Shown here piece after piece: positions 12,911 to 25,955 of a DNA stretch of 64,000 bases (positions within the stretch are counted from its first letter, which is position 1; each line of letters begins with the position of its first letter). The DNA lies in NCBI GenBank assembly GCA_013265495.1, contig MU058824.1, forward strand, positions 4,243,111 to 4,307,110, given 5' to 3'. This stretch comes from Vicugna vicugna. Its lineage: Eukaryota. Both the position numbers and the translations under genes were made by a program. Under the pieces are notes generated by a model that had not been told where the DNA came from, did not search any database, and worked only from the letters and a program-made list of their open reading frames with translations.

Positions 12911-13832
12911 GCTAGGAAATGGCGAGCCACTCCTCCTCCCGCACTTCTGTGCTGTGGTCCCTCACCCCTGCACTTCCACACATGGGAAGGAAGGCGAGAG
13001 GCAGGCCTCTGTCCCTACTCCTTGTTCTATTTGGGGGCTTTGACTCCAGGCCCTCAGGCCACCTAATCAGGACCCTCAACCTCTACGCTCCTCAAGCCTC
13101 CTGCCCAGGTCCCACTCTACCAAAGCAGCTTAGTTTGCCTCCCCACTGCTAGTAAGAATCTCCTGCCTACTCAGTGCTCCAATCCTGGGTACCTCCTCCT
13201 CACACATTGCCTGGCTCCAGGGATGTAGTCCTGAGTCTCTTTCCAGCTCAGGAGGACTTAATCCTTCTGCTCAGCCCTGAACCCACCCACTGTCCCCATC
13301 TCTCAAGTCAGCAGCATTTGTTGTGTATCTACTGGGAATCATATACTCTTTCAAGTATGGGGGTCACCTAGAAGTCCCCACCCTCCGTAAGTTTACTGTC
13401 TACTCAGTAACTTCCCATCCTCTCGTCTGAACACATGGCCTGTGGTCACTGATTTCCAGCACCTGCTTAGTGCCTGCTCCTCTGCTTTTCCGGATGCAAG
13501 GATCCCACTGCATAGGGTTTTAGAACCAGAATCTGACAGTAGACCCTTTTCCAAATGTGCACAGTGTCATTTGTTGGTCTTTGCTGTGGTAGAAGCCATA
13601 AGCCAAACGGAATTAAGGCAGGGCCAGGATTTGACACCTGGAGTTGTAAACCATTATTTCCTCAAAGCCATAGAACTAACCCTTAGTCATATTTGTATAA
13701 GAAAACATAAGGAACAATGATGTAATGTTTTCCAACTAAGAGTAGTTAAAATTTACATAAGTATTAAGATAGTCACTAGGAAAATGTGAGATAAGGCCTG
13801 ATGTGAATCCTGCATCTTAAAAAAAATTTGCA

Positions 13833-13970
13833 GGGGGAGGGTATAGCTCAAATGGTAAAGTGCATGCTTGGTATGCATGAGATCCTGGGTTCAATCCCCA
13901 GTCTCCCCTCTATTAATAAAGTAAACCTAATTAACTCCCTCCCCCCCCAAAAAAAGAAATGTTAAAAAAC
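13833..13970 (+). mobile_element. tRNA-Ala-derived SINE (Vic-1-like)
   Basis: Same head and tail as the 7845 copy; TSD AATTTGCA. Confidence 0.88.
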
Positions 13971-14570
13971 AATTTGCATTGTAAAATCCACTTCAATAAT
14001 CAAGATATTTCACTAGTATAGATTTGCATTTATTTATCAAATATCATATTCTTTGAGTGACTATATCTGATTTTCTTTTTAAAAAAGAATCCTCTTTCAT
14101 ATCTTTGATACAGTCATTTTCACTTTCAATAACCCAAAACATGTGTAATCACTTTTAATAGATCAAATTATCTACTCTAGACATAAAATCATGTAAATTA
14201 AGACTGAACTGACCTTCAGTACCAAAGACACCATTCTGTCTTTCTCAGGTTTCTTTAGCCTCCTCATATGTACTTTATCCTAGCCCATTTTAACTTAATT
14301 CAGAATTTATCTGCTGTGTTTTTGGCACTATGCAAGATTCTGGAAATACAAAGATGATCAAAATAGCTGTGGCAACCCTAATGGAGTTTTCAGTCTACTC
14401 CCAGCCCCAGGCTGTTGAACTGTCATGAATTGGAGTAGCGGTTCTCAAAGTGTGGTCTGGGGACCCCTGGGAAGAGAGGAGGAGTCCCTGAGACTGTGTG
14501 TGAAAGATTGTGTGTGAAGCCCAAACATATTCTTGTGTTCATAGTAATACAGCATATTCTCACTTTTTGC

Positions 14571-14740
14571 AGTGCTTAGATTCTATGAAGTTGCTGTGAA
14601 CACTGTATTAGTGAATACCGAACTGTTTATTGCTCCCAAGGGAAATATAAAGTTAGGTTCCTGTGAGCCTCTGGTCACAACATTTTTGTCAACTGGTTGG
14701 TATATAACTTTGCTGTATGTTTCTGTTTAAACACACCTTC
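14571..14740. mobile_element. Tigger-family (MER82-like) DNA transposon fragment
   Basis: GTTAGGTTCCTGTGAGCCTCTGGTCACAACATTTT matches the recalled MER82 consensus. Confidence 0.6.
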
Positions 14741-16027
14741 ACATGAGAGAATGGGAGGCTTGTAGGCCGTCTCCCATCCATCTCGCTACCTCCCCTGGGA
14801 GGATATCGTGACATTTCTTCCTTCCTTCCAGGTTCTGGGGAGGTACGGGGCTTTCTGCCCCAATCCCTTCAGAATAGGGCTGCAGAAGGTTAAACTGCTT
14901 GCTACAGCCTGGAACAGCCTCCTCAGCTTCGGGCACATCCCACATTACAGTCCCTGTGCTGTCCTTTGTGGTGTGTGTGACAGGGAGCAAGAAGCTGGCT
15001 AAACTGGCTTGTTGTATCTTTACTCTTCAACCGGTCAGGCCTCGACCTTGGCCTGGGGTGTGCTTTACAAACACGAGCAACCAAAGGGCAGATGTTGCAA
15101 GTGTGCCCTGCCCAGGGACTCTGCTCCCAGCGGAGCCATCTGGCCCCCAGACCCCTAGCCTGAAGCCCAGTGAAGAGCACATTCTCCAAGTCTGAGCACT
15201 CAGAGCTGAGCTTATTCATAGAGTCTGGAAAAGGAGGGGGAGGACTTTTTTGTTGCTGTTTTAAATAGGATTTTTAGTTAAGTGAGAAGACGCAGACTAG
15301 ATATGAGGAAATAGATGGGAATGAAGAGTGGACATTTAACCAAAAAAATGTTGCTCAGGGTTGTGTATATACCCTTCATCATATTTGGGAAATGTAAGAA
15401 AAATTTTGAGTTATTTTAAAATTACTTTTTGGTGGCCCAGCTGTTTTCTCTGATTGCAACACTGCTTCAAGTTCAGACTGTGGCTTGCTTCATAGTCTGT
15501 AAATACAGAATGATTAATTAGGAATTTCTGTGCCCAGAGGGAGATCCATGATGCCTAACACCCTTGAGCTTCCCAAACAAATTGCAGAAGACAGTTCTAT
15601 TATTTATTATGTAATTACAGATTCCTTAAGCTTTCTACATATGCTAAAAGGAGAGCGGATATAATTTCTTCAGCAGAATTTCTTAATGGAGTGGTCCTGC
15701 CATTTGGGGCAGGAGAATTTTTTGTTGTGCAGGACAATTTCTGGCATTGCACCGAAGTTCTTACCCAGTGAAACCAAAAGCACCTGTTCCTCATTGTGGC
15801 AACTAAAAATACCTCTCCTACCCTCACACACACATTTTGGAATATGCCCCTGTTGGGGATGGAACTCCCTCCCTGGAGAACAGTTGCCACCCAGGAGTAG
15901 ATGGGGAACATCTGGGAAATTCAGCTCAAACCTCCCTCTGCTTAACCACGTCATACTGTTAATTTCACCCCTGCAGCCACCCCATGTTGATGGGGCCGGA
16001 TTGAAGGGGGCTTATCTTTCAAGGCAT

Positions 16028-16422
16028 TGTTATGAACTAAGTGTGTGTGTCCCCTCAAAATTCACAGGTTGAAACCATCCCCCCTGCTTATGATGTATTA
16101 GGAGGTGGGACTTTCAGGAGGTAATTAGGATTCTATGAGGTCTTGAGGGTGGAGCCCTCATGAATGGGATTAGTGCCCTAAAAAAGCAAGGAGAGTGCTG
16201 GCTTTTCCTCTGCTCTCTGCCACATGAAGTTACCACAAGAAGTGGAGGTGTGCGTAGTCTGCATCTTGAAAGAGCCCTCACCAGAACTTCCCCACATTGC
16301 CATCCTGATCTCAGGCTTTCAGCCTCCAGAACTGTGAGCAGTAATTTTCTATTGTTTATCAACCACTGTATGCTCTGATGGAGCTCTGGTGGTTTGTTAT
16401 AGCATCTCCAACAGACGGAGAT
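16028..16422 (+). mobile_element. MLT1A/MST-type MaLR LTR
   Basis: TGTTATGAACTAAGTGTGTGTGTCCCCTCAAAATTCA...GGGTGGAGCCCTCATGAATGGGATTAGTGCCCT...AGCCTCCAGAACTGTGAG. Confidence 0.82.
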
Positions 16423-17059
16423 AAGCATTCCAGGTCCCAAATGGCAAGTTGGGCAAACTCTCCTCTATTTTTGGCATCCCTTTTCACCTGTCAGCACCCC
16501 AGACCACACTCCAGATTTCAGTCTGGAGAGGGAGAAATACAAATCATGCTCCCTGGTCACTTTCCCCTTATCCCACCAACTCCCGTCTTCCTCCCATCAT
16601 CCAGTGAGGCTGGAAGAAGAGGGCTTATTTTCTCTCACATCAATTTCCCTGCTTCATTTCCTTGCCGTGATGACATTTGACCTCTCACCTTTTCAGGGGT
16701 CACAGTGGCGGATGCAGTGGAGGAAGATAGGAGAAAGTGAGTCTGGAGGTATTTGTAAATTTTGTGTTGTTGCATTGTACCTTTAGAAAATCTTGGTATG
16801 GCACTTTGACAGTGGCCAGGTACTCCCAGTTTGGAAGGGAAGCTGGAATGGCAACAAGGTTCTTTCCCTCCCCCGGAGGTGTTTCTACGCGCTTCCCCAG
16901 TGGGCTTCCCTGAGCTTGCCTGGCATCCTGAGTCTGGGGTCCTACAGAACCCGGTGAACAGCTTCTCTGGAGGAGAGAGGAAGCAGTGCTTGGGAGGAGG
17001 CTTCTGGGTGCTGCTAACTGTCCATTTTTTTTTTTAACCTGGCAATGGCTACACAGTAT

Positions 17060-18345
17060 ATTCATCTTGTGGTTATTAAGCATTTGTTTGTGTTCTATAC
17101 TGCAAATATTTTTCCCGGTCTTTCGCTCTGAGGAGTTTTAAATTTCTTTTTAATAAAATCTGTCTGTTTTTTCTTATGACTACTAAGTCTTTCCCACCCC
17201 ACAAATATAAACATATTGCCTTGTATTTTCTTCTTTACTTTTATAGTGTAGATGTTGAATCAATCTAGATTTTTTTCTGAATATGGGATGAGGTAGTGAT
17301 TTACTTTATTTTTTTCCCTTATTGTCCTTGTACTGTTTTTTGAGTAATCTTTTATTTTCCCCACTGTTTAGAAATTCCACCTTTATCATGTGCTAAATTC
17401 CTAAGAGTACATGGGTCAATTTCTAGACTCCATTCTCTTTCATTAATCCATATGTTTATTCGTACTCCAACATAACATTATTTTAATTACTGCAGTTTTA
17501 TAGATTGTTTTCACATCTGGTAGCACAAGTTCTCCACCTCATTTTTTCCCCTTAAATTGTTTTTTGTTATTTTAGTTTATTTTCTCTTCTAGAAGAATTT
17601 GAGAAGTAGCTTTTCATGCTCAATTAAAAATCTTTTGAAAATTTTCATTAAGATTGCCTTGGATGTGTAGGTTATTTGGGAAGAATCAACATTCTTCCAG
17701 TAAGTTGTCTTCATATAAGTCTTGCACATTTTTTATTAAGTTAATTCTAGGTACTCAATTGTATTTGTGGTTCTCATGAATGGGATTTTTTTTCCTGTTA
17801 TATTTTATTTGTTATTACTGGGGATTTTTTATCTAGTCACCTCAGTAAAGTCTCATTAATTGTAATAGTTATTTGAGTTGATCCTCTTGGGATATCTAGG
17901 TAGACAACTACATAATCTATAAATAATAATGGCTTTAATTCTTGCTTTCTAATATTTATACTTAATATATTTTTCTTATCTTGTTGCACTGGTTACAACT
18001 TTCAGTGTAGTGTGAACAGTAATTGCAATGGCATAAGAGGACTTTTGTTTGATCATCACGTGTGATGTTTGCTATGGATTTTGGTAGTTGTAATGAGTTA
18101 AGGAAGCTTCCATATATTCTATATTTGGTTTTGGTTTTTTAAAAATTAGGAATGGGTGTAGCAGCTTTTTCAAAATCTAACTTACATAGTTTTCTCTTTT
18201 GTTAATATAACAGATTGTATCAAAAGATTTTCTAAAACTGAACCATCCTCATCATCCAGAGATAAATACTATTTAGTCATTTGGTATTATTCTTTTTGTA
18301 CATTGGTCGAATATTTACTAATATTTTGTTTAGGATTCTTCAAGT
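17060..18345 (-). mobile_element. Old, degenerate L1M fragment
   Basis: T-rich, with residual reverse ORF2 motifs. Confidence 0.6.
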
Positions 18346-19204
18346 CGATTTCACTCTTTGGTTTGTGGCAGCCTGTGCTTGTCTGCATGGTCCCCATTCT
18401 GTTCGTTAGCTTTTAAAAACAGCAGTGTAAAGTGTTCTCTTCTTAAAAGTGGATTACTTTTTATTTTAGTTTTCCTTAGTTGAGTGCAAAGTTGTGTGGT
18501 AGATAAGGCTAGGAGAGTGATGTGTTCAGATGAGTATATACCAATCAAATCCAAATAAGCAGCTCACCAGCCTGTATCTCTTGCCACCAATCTGGCTATG
18601 GGTGTCCCTGAGCACCGAAAGTATAAGGTACATCCTTTATAAAATGTAGCGACAGTTTTCTATTCTAGCGTAACTTAGGTAAAGTACAACAATCTTGATT
18701 TTTCCTTCAATCTCATGAAACTAAGGGTTCTGAACTTGTTGAGGTCTGTGACTATTGAGGAACCTTAAATTCTCTAGTTTAATCTCTTTACTTCTTTGCT
18801 CTAAGTAGTGTATCAATAAATGTTTTGAATCTATCTGTGTGTGAAGACAATGTGAAAATGACTATTGAGATTCTGATCGTAGATTTTTGTTTTTACCTTC
18901 AAGAAACTCAGAAGAAAATAATTTTTCTAGTGGAAAATGAAATCATCAGGTAGAACGGTGTGTCAGAAACAAGAAAATAACACTCAGACACTGTCCGCCT
19001 ATTTTCAAGCTACTGTCCAGGAATACAGGAAGACTTTAGAGTCTTTTTTTTCTTCTTCTTCCTTTTCAGAGAGGCGGGGCTCAAGGTTTAGTCTGGAATT
19101 CAGATGCCTGTTAATGACTGCTCTGGGGCAGTTAAACCAAGAGAACAAATAGCTGCCCTGCTCATTAAATCAAACAGCACCAGGTACGGAGCTTGTGCTA
19201 CAGG

Positions 19205-19255
19205 ATGGAAATCAATGTGTATCCTCACCAAGCCTTGAGCTTTCCAGGCCCTCAT
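19205..19255 (+). CDS. GNE: GNE alternative distal first coding exon (GNE2 N-terminal extension), coding part MEINVYPHQALSFPGPH
   Basis: ATG in strong Kozak context (caggATGG), 17 open codons ending GPH, then donor GTAAGT at 19256. Phase 0 joins exon 2 ELYFKN in frame. Same length and ME...GPH ends as human GNE2 METYGYLQRESCFQGPH (recalled). Confidence 0.88.
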
Positions 19256-19488
19256 GTAAGTAACTTTGCAATTTGATAGAACTTTATCCTTTGTCGTAGA
19301 AATTGCAGTCGGGAAAAAAAGAGGAAAAGACAAGGTGGGAGAGGAAAGCTTTGGTTTTAAATCTATCACATCCACCTTTGTTTTCTAACGTCATTTTTTT
19401 ACTGCTCACTCCTGGTAGTCGTTCTGTGGTTGCTATTTATTTCTCAGTTACTGTGCTGAAACTCATGGTCTCTTAACAATTCTAAAGT

Positions 19489-19620
19489 ATAATGATTTTT
19501 TTAAAAAAATTTTGGGGGGAGGTAACTGGGTTTAATTCTTTTTAATGGAGGTACTGGGGATTGAACCCAGGGGCTTGTGCATGCTAAGCAGGCACTCTAC
19601 CACTGAGCTATATCAGCCCC
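19489..19620 (-). mobile_element. tRNA-Ala-derived SINE (Vic-1-like)
   Basis: Reverse copy; 17-nt TSD CTTA(A/G)CAATTCTAAAGT at 19472-19488 and 19621-19637. Confidence 0.9.
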
Positions 19621-22386
19621 CTTAGCAATTCTAAAGTGAAAGCTGGAAAAGAACTCTTTCCTTCAGATTCCTCATGCTTTCATCACATAAAGAGGGTTAG
19701 CTTTTACTTTTTACTTTGCTTCATGAATGCAGTTTATTTCCAGAAGTGCACTGTAGACTACAACTATTTTTATTTTTACCTTTGTATTTGAAACATGGTA
19801 TATAGAGCTGCCTGGCTTACAGTACTTTTCCTCCCAGCTATCTACCTATTGATTAACCACGCTGGGTAGGGGAGTGCGTTTATTCTGAGTCAGTATCTAA
19901 ACCAAATTAAGTGGAAATCACCATGTTAATCAATATAAAAGTATGTCATATAGTGAACTATAGTATAACATAGTTTTTTTAACCTAAAATTTTTACAGAA
20001 GCATATGGAAGTCCAGATGTTATTGGAAATCAACACATTTCAATTTGGTAGTTTTTTAAAAAATTCAATGTATTGAATTTAAAGATCATTTATACTTAAG
20101 GAATTGGCTTATAAGCACTTTTTCAGTCAAATGATGTCATTCTTGCACTTATTTTCAACACAGTCTACCTGTAGTTGTATCACTAATGCCTAATTTCAAT
20201 TTGCCTTCTTCAATGAGAATGTATTATTTTTATTTTTTCGTAGCACTTACACTTATATTTAAATTCCAGGTCAGCTCTTCTGAGCTTCCAGTTGGAACTT
20301 CTTAAGTTTGTTTTTCCTCATGTCTTCAATGAAATGTAGGAAATATTTGTTTCTAGTTACAAAGGTAATAGTTGCTCTGACTCCTGGTTTTCAAGTCACT
20401 GATTTATTTTAAGTGCACCTTGAAATTACCTTTTCATCATCTGCCAGATGTTTCGTGGTTCTATGACTACATCAACTCTGAAATCCTCTATGTTGCCTCA
20501 ACATTACCTTTCAAGGTGCTCTCCCACTTAATAATCCAACCTTATTTTGCAATATTTCTCAACAAACTTCTCCTGCAGGCTAGTCTCACTCCCTTCCTGT
20601 TATCTTCAGTCACACTGTTCTCATGTAGGGAAATGCTCCCTTACAATGTAAAAGGTGGGATTTCACGGCAGACAAACTTTGAGAGAGAAAGAAGGAGGAG
20701 TCAGGGCTGGCTCCCAGGTTACTGGGTGGATGGTAATACAGTCACTGAGAATGAGAATGGAGAAAGCCCAGGTTTATGGGGAAGAAGAAAACTTCATTGT
20801 GGCAAGTTGATTTGGGGCGCCTATGGAAGACATCCCAATAAAGATGTCCTAAAAGGAGTTAGATATTTGTGTTTGGACAGAGAAGACTGTGTTAGATATT
20901 CTGATTAAGAACTAATTTTAATGGTTGTTAAGTCACACAAGTGGATGAGTTAATACTATGTGTGTATGAAAATGAGATGAAAAGAAGGCTAAATACAGAG
21001 TCCTGGAAAACATTAACATTTAAGTAGGGGATTGAGGAAGGATTGCAGCCAGAGAGGTTGGAGGTAGGTGGGAAATCAGGAGGTGTCATGTCATGAAGCA
21101 CAGGAAGAAGAAAGTTTCAAGAATGAAGCAGTGACCAAAAGTGTAAAGAAGGGATAAAGAGAATGGAAGCTGGAGGGCAGAAAAGATTAGGTGCATGGGC
21201 AGTTGAATGAAGTGAATTGGAAAAGAGGGAACATGGCCAGGAAAGCACCGCTGAACGTGTAACAAAAAGTGCAATAAGCTGGAGTTCCTTGGTTTCCACA
21301 GAACTTTACTCTCTATGAAATGAAATTTAATAATGTCTAAGAGTCTGATTACCTACAGCTTAGATAACTACTATATGTAAAATATTATAAAAAGAGTTCT
21401 GAACTGGCCAAGAGTGAAAGTATAACAAACTGGGAGTCAGGAACGTTAGAAAAATCTGGTGAAATAGGTAGGACAAGAAATGTAGTTGGGCGCACTGGGC
21501 TAAGAGTGAGCAGTGTATTTCAAAACAGATACACATTTTATTAGGTGAGTAATGCCTATCACAAATCTGTCTCTCCAACCATATCTTTCTCCAGGTCCTC
21601 AATCTCATGGAAACGTCCTTTAGAGGCTACAAATTCAGCACATCTAAATTAGATCACATTATCTTCTCGCCTACTCCAGCCCATCTCTAAACCTGCTTCT
21701 CCTCTATTTCAAGTACCAGCATTGCCAGCCACCCTGTTGTCTGAAGGGGAAACCTTTGTCATTCATTCTCTTCATCATCATCCCTTTGGTCTCATCTCTG
21801 CCATCAAGTTCTGTCCATTCTGTCTCCACATTCTTCTGATTCCACCCTCTTACTTTTCATTCCCACCACCACCAACTGATTCAGGTCCTGAAATATTATT
21901 CCTAACTGGTCTGCCTTCTTCTAGATCTTTCTCCTCTTCCCAATCCGTCTTCCACAACTCCAAATAAGCAAATCTGATCATGTCCCTCTGCTGATTAAAA
22001 AAAAAAAAAATCTCCCAGTTCCAGTGAGGAGAAAGGAAGTCTTTCCTCCTTAGCATGACATCATGCAAGGCCCCAGCTGACCCGGCCTTGCCCCACATCT
22101 GAGCTGCTTCTCAGCGACTTTCTGCCCCCACACATCTGTCTTATAACACCACTAAGTTTCTCCTTGATCTTCAACCCACCATGCTCTTTTACTCTTGACT
22201 CGCTATAAAGACTGAGCAAGTATTGTGCTACTAAGATCATAAGCTTGGGTGCTAGAGGAGGGTAGATGAGAGAAGTTGAATGCAAGTGATTTGGACCAGC
22301 CATAGAAAAGAATAGGGGTGGCAGTGGCTTTTTGATAAGAGATGTGATTCCCCCTGTTGGACTCAATGCTTATTAGGCTATATTTC

Positions 22387-22549
22387 TCTGTGTGTGTGTG
22401 TGTGATCTGGATTGTTTGTTTGTTTGGAGGAGAGGTAATTAGATTGATTGATTGACTGATTGATTTAATGGAGGTATGTACTGGGGATTGAACCCAGGAC
22501 CTCGTGCACACTAAGCATGCATTCTACCACTGAGCTGTACCCTCCCCCC
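22387..22549 (-). mobile_element. tRNA-Ala-derived SINE (Vic-1-like) whose tail has become (GATT)n/(TG)n microsatellites
   Basis: Reverse head at ~22470-22549; imperfect TSD AGGCTATATTTC/AGACTGTATTTC. Confidence 0.86.
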
Positions 22550-24432
22550 AGACTGTATTTCGTCACTAAGTCATGATTTAAGGAACGATCAGGGAAGCAA
22601 GCATACTTCACAGAGCTAACTTCAAGGAATTTATGATCTGATGAGAGAAATAGGACAATGAGGTAACTAATGTGACTGATTTTCTCAGGTTCATTATAAA
22701 ACATCAGATGCATTATTTTATATATATATAGATACCAGATAACTAATAATAAGTGTGAAATGAGTAGTCAAGATAAGTCCTACAGGAATTTAGAGGAGAA
22801 AGAGATTATTTGGAGAGAGGGAGTTTAGATTAGTTTTCACAGCAGATATGGGACCTGAAGCCTGAGCAGGGTGTAAGTAGGAGGAGGATAGCTTTGTAAT
22901 TGTGAAAATGATACAGACAGAGGCAGAGAAGGATCTGGTTCAGAGCAGAAGGATCTGGGTAGGGGAATAATGTTGGTAAGGACCAGGAAGAGTTCAGTGC
23001 ATGATTAAAGGGACCTTTGATAACTTTACCTAGAGGGAGTGGGGAGCCACTGAAGTTTCCCGTAAGCAGGAAAAAAAAAAAAAGACCATATGGAAGCAGT
23101 CTTTTAAGGAGATTAATCAGGTAGTAGTGTGCAGGACAGATATGAAACGCAAGGGAACACAGACTGGAAGGGCAAGTGGAAGCACATTAATCTAGGTCTG
23201 AGATGCTATAGTTTTTTTATTCTAAGGCACTATGGACATGACATACTTTTGTAATAAGAAACTCTACACTAAATGTATACACTGATTATAAAATAAATCT
23301 TGATTTTAGGGATGTAAAAATTATGAAAATATAGGCATTTCAGAATTCAGGAAATAAGAGGATAAAGATCTGAACCAAACAGGAAGGAAGAGAAGATGCA
23401 AAAAAAAAAAAAACCCAACATTTTGAAGAATTTGAGAGATTGGATGTTAAAAGTCAGAGAGAGAAGATTAAAATATGACTCTATGATTTTTGAGTTGGAA
23501 TAAAAGTGCCCAGTTGGTACCATTAAAAGAAATAAGGAAGTGAGAGGTGAAAAAACCAAACTAAATGTTATATACTGAGTTGGAGGTGAGGAAATAGCTA
23601 GCAGGCAGTTGAAGATAATGGACTTAGAACTAGGAAGAAAGATCAGGCCAGAGTGTGCATCCAAGGAATTACCTCCATGGAAGTCAGAATGGAAGATCTG
23701 CGAGTGAATGAAATTCTGAAAGACCAAGTATGTAGAGGACCAGGGGCCGAGGTGTAATCACAAGGGAGTGCACATTTCCAGAGAGGAAGCGGGGTAGGGA
23801 AGAACAACAGAAATGATTTGAAAGGTTGAAGCAGGTACACTCCAGAGTAGGGGCATGAAGACATGAGAAGAGAGAGGGTGAGGCTTTATGTTCATGCTTA
23901 GGATTCATGGTCATTAATTACATATACTTGGATGTGTCTTAAGCATTTGCACTCAAGCCCACAGCAGTTCTCCAAAGGAATGTCCACATGGGCTCCCAGC
24001 TTCATCTCAGCTGGATGCTGACTACTAACTGTGGGCAACTCCTCAGCTCCAGGAGTTTTGGACCAGTATCTTGGCTGCTTCCGCAGCTTTTGCTGGGAAA
24101 TCATGAAATTTCTCCAAAGGCGTTTGCTGGTATCGAGTGTGGTTGATCTTAGCCAGATCCTTTAAAGTCCAAAACAACATACTTTCCATGTAACTCCTTA
24201 ATGAGCAGCTATTTAACAACATAATTTTATTGATCCAACTTTTTTTAACAGAGTCAAAGGTAAAAGCAAACTAGTTTCGAACACTTTTTCGGTTCAGCTG
24301 GAATAGCTGTGCCAGTTAAACTTTCTGAACCCCTGTTAGTCAGGGATGACTGACTTCTCTCTGGCTTAGCTCATTTCCCTAGCAGACAGATAAGAAATAA
24401 AATTCTTTATCAGATTAAAATATGATACTTTT

Positions 24433-24559
24433 GGGGTGAAGGGTGTAGCTCAAGTGGTAGAGCACATGTTTAGCATGTAGGAAGTCCTGGGTTTAATCTC
24501 CAGTACCTCCTCTAAAAATAAATGAATAAACCTAACCCCCCCAAAAAAACCTTAAAAAA
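24433..24559 (+). mobile_element. tRNA-Ala-derived SINE (Vic-1-like)
   Basis: Head GGGGTGAAGGGTGTAGCTCAAGTGGTAGAGC; TSD TAAAATATGATACTTT on both sides. Confidence 0.9.
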
Positions 24560-25955
24560 TAAAATATGATACTTTCACAGCCCATAAAAATACATTTTTA
24601 AATTATCCAACGAAGGGCAGTATTTCAGAAAAATGAGCACAGTCGTATTTATTTGTACTTTTCTTCTATAATTGGGAAAGCTAGCACAGGATGGCTCGCC
24701 AACACGGGTGCTCTAAAAATCTGACATGATTAGTAATTGAGGCTATGGATAGTGATTATATGGTCCTGAAATACAAATTTCAAAAAGGCTTCTCTTCTTA
24801 TCATAAGTATCTTAATCAGTACATTTGTAAGCGTATCTTTCAATCTCATGCGCTTATGAACCTGAAGTTGACCCATATCATTTAGGATGTTATTGAATTA
24901 TTTTCAGCCAGTGTAAACTTAGCCTTTACGTGCCTGTCCCAAGAGGAAGAGAACTGCTTTCCCATTTATGTAGTGTAACCTCATCAGTACTAGAGGGGCC
25001 ATTCTCTCTGTTCTGGGGAGGCATCCGTATGACTTGGTTAGGCTATAAACAGTCGGGCTTATGTAGTGATGTCTGGTTTGTGAGATATGTTTTACCTCTT
25101 TATATACTCAAGAGACTCTGGCAATTAAAATTGTGGCTGAGATACAGAGTGGGGCGAGGGGAACAGCTAAGGGGAGGATATTTATTAAACAAATATCTAG
25201 CTTAATATGGTGATTAATTACTCAGTTTTTTTCTAGCTGTTGATTGATTTCTCCATGATATTGGCTAAAAGCAGGAATGGTGAGTATATAGCACCATCTC
25301 TGCCTCCCTTCCACACCCTACCCCCACCAAAAAAAAGGAACTACGTGGCAGATACCATGATAACTGTTTTCCACTGAACTCAGCCTCAAGAGTCATTTCC
25401 CACACAGTTCTCTAGGCAGCCATTACCAATCAGTTTGAGTCGGGAATCGAAATGATAGGGTTGGGGGCTCTTTGTGGCTTACGGTTTTGTTGTTCATATC
25501 TTCTGATTACAAGGAACAGGGCATCTCAAGAAAAAGGGGATTTATTTTAAATATACACAAGGGTTGAAGTCAGAGAGTTGTTCAGGATACAAGGCAAGTC
25601 AGGGACTAGATTCTCTCCCTATGACCCACCTTTCAACCTCTCATAATGTATCTGTATCTTGGTTTTTAGTGTGCCCCATTTCCCAACTCACTTCCAACTG
25701 GCCAGTCCTCTTTGCATTGATAGTGAGTTTGCGTGCTTTGTTAATTACTAAGCATAGCCACGGTGCTACGTTTTTTTCATGGGTCATGGATAGGCAGCCC
25801 TTGGGTAGGCTACCTATGGATACTGGTAATGTTTTCTTTCTTTATCTTGGTGATAGTTATCCAGGTGTGTTCACTTCATAAAAATTCAAAATTCAACACA
25901 AGCTTATGTGTAATTTTCTTTGTTATATATCAATGAGAAGTTTATTTTTAAAAAG

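Noticed and set aside
18530..18650. CCAAT, CCAAT and TATAAAA arrangement as the distal GNE promoter
   Set aside because: About 560 nt from the ATG with several intervening ATGs; such motifs are common in AT-rich DNA.
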